From: a virus
Lineage: Duplodnaviria > Heunggongvirae > Uroviricota > Caudoviricetes
DNA: 25,290 nucleotides
Strand: one strand, 5' to 3'
Virus record (IMG/VR): IMGVR_UViG_3300042275_000481
Coordinates: 102,172 to 127,461 of that record
Shown here: positions 25,151 to 25,290 of the stretch, one piece after another
How the letters are laid out: each line of letters opens with the position of its first letter
How positions within the stretch are numbered: the stretch's first letter is position 1
Made by a program: the position numbers and the translations under genes
The notes under the pieces: model-generated
Seen by the model: only the letters and a program-made list of their open reading frames with translations
What the model was told of the DNA's origin: nothing
Database searches by the model: none

Positions 25151-25196
25151 TAATGATTTGTTTAAATTATTACGTGAATTATTAAACAATAAATTA
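25151..25196. promoter_or_regulatory. Divergent AACA-N6-TA motifs for terminase (minus 25151-25162) and the 25241 gene (plus 25185-25196)
   Basis: AACAaatcatTAtatgaa (minus) and AACAataaatTAtatatgaa (plus). Confidence 0.75.
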
Positions 25197-25240
25197 TATA
25201 TGAAAGATTAGAAAGCTTAATTAAAAAGGAGGAAGTTTAT

Positions 25241-25290
25241 ATGGCAACTATCAATAAAATATATCCTCACGTTAACGTGACTACTCGTGC
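25241..25290 (+). CDS. 5' end of a late gene (MATINKIYPHVNVTTR...), possibly tail sheath; truncated by the window
   Basis: AAGGAGG RBS and AACA-N6-TA motif upstream. Only 16 codons are visible, so the product call is weak. Confidence 0.45.
   Translation, partial: MATINKIYPHVNVTTR

Noticed and set aside
1-25290. tRNA (including a UCA suppressor), CRISPR array or IS element
   Set aside because: No cloverleaf-like sequence, regularly spaced repeats or transposase was found by eye. tRNAscan-SE/ARAGORN on the whole genome would be decisive for tRNA.

Overview
AT-rich segment of a large tailed dsDNA phage, most like the AR9/PBS1/phiKZ-type jumbo phages; no cellular core genes, tRNA, rRNA or CRISPR were seen. 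It contains a divergent family-B DNA polymerase interrupted in motif B by a group IA intron carrying its own homing endonuclease, a HAM1/RdgB-like pyrophosphatase, and three free-standing endonucleases (HNH, GIY-YIG, Hef-like). Morphogenesis genes include a T4 gp21-like prohead protease, a gp23-like major capsid protein, a probable neck protein, several probable internal head proteins and the terminase large subunit. Accessory genes include a radical SAM enzyme, a proteasome/HslV-like Ntn hydrolase and an AI-2E transporter. Main result: the standard-code ORF track breaks five genes at eight in-frame TGA codons. Read as Trp, they restore a full 648-aa terminase, a 213-aa GIY-YIG endonuclease, a 335-aa intron endonuclease and two more genes, and several sit at positions where Trp is expected. 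No credible gene in the window needs TGA as its stop, so the phage appears to read UGA as Trp while still mostly using TGG. An AR9-like late-promoter motif (AACA-N6-TA) recurs 14 times at gene starts, and the UGA codons fall in genes associated with it. Other leads are a HAM1 protein with an altered specificity motif, a candidate anti-Shine-Dalgarno small RNA and an unannotated 40-aa peptide. All calls come from manual reading; no database searches were run.
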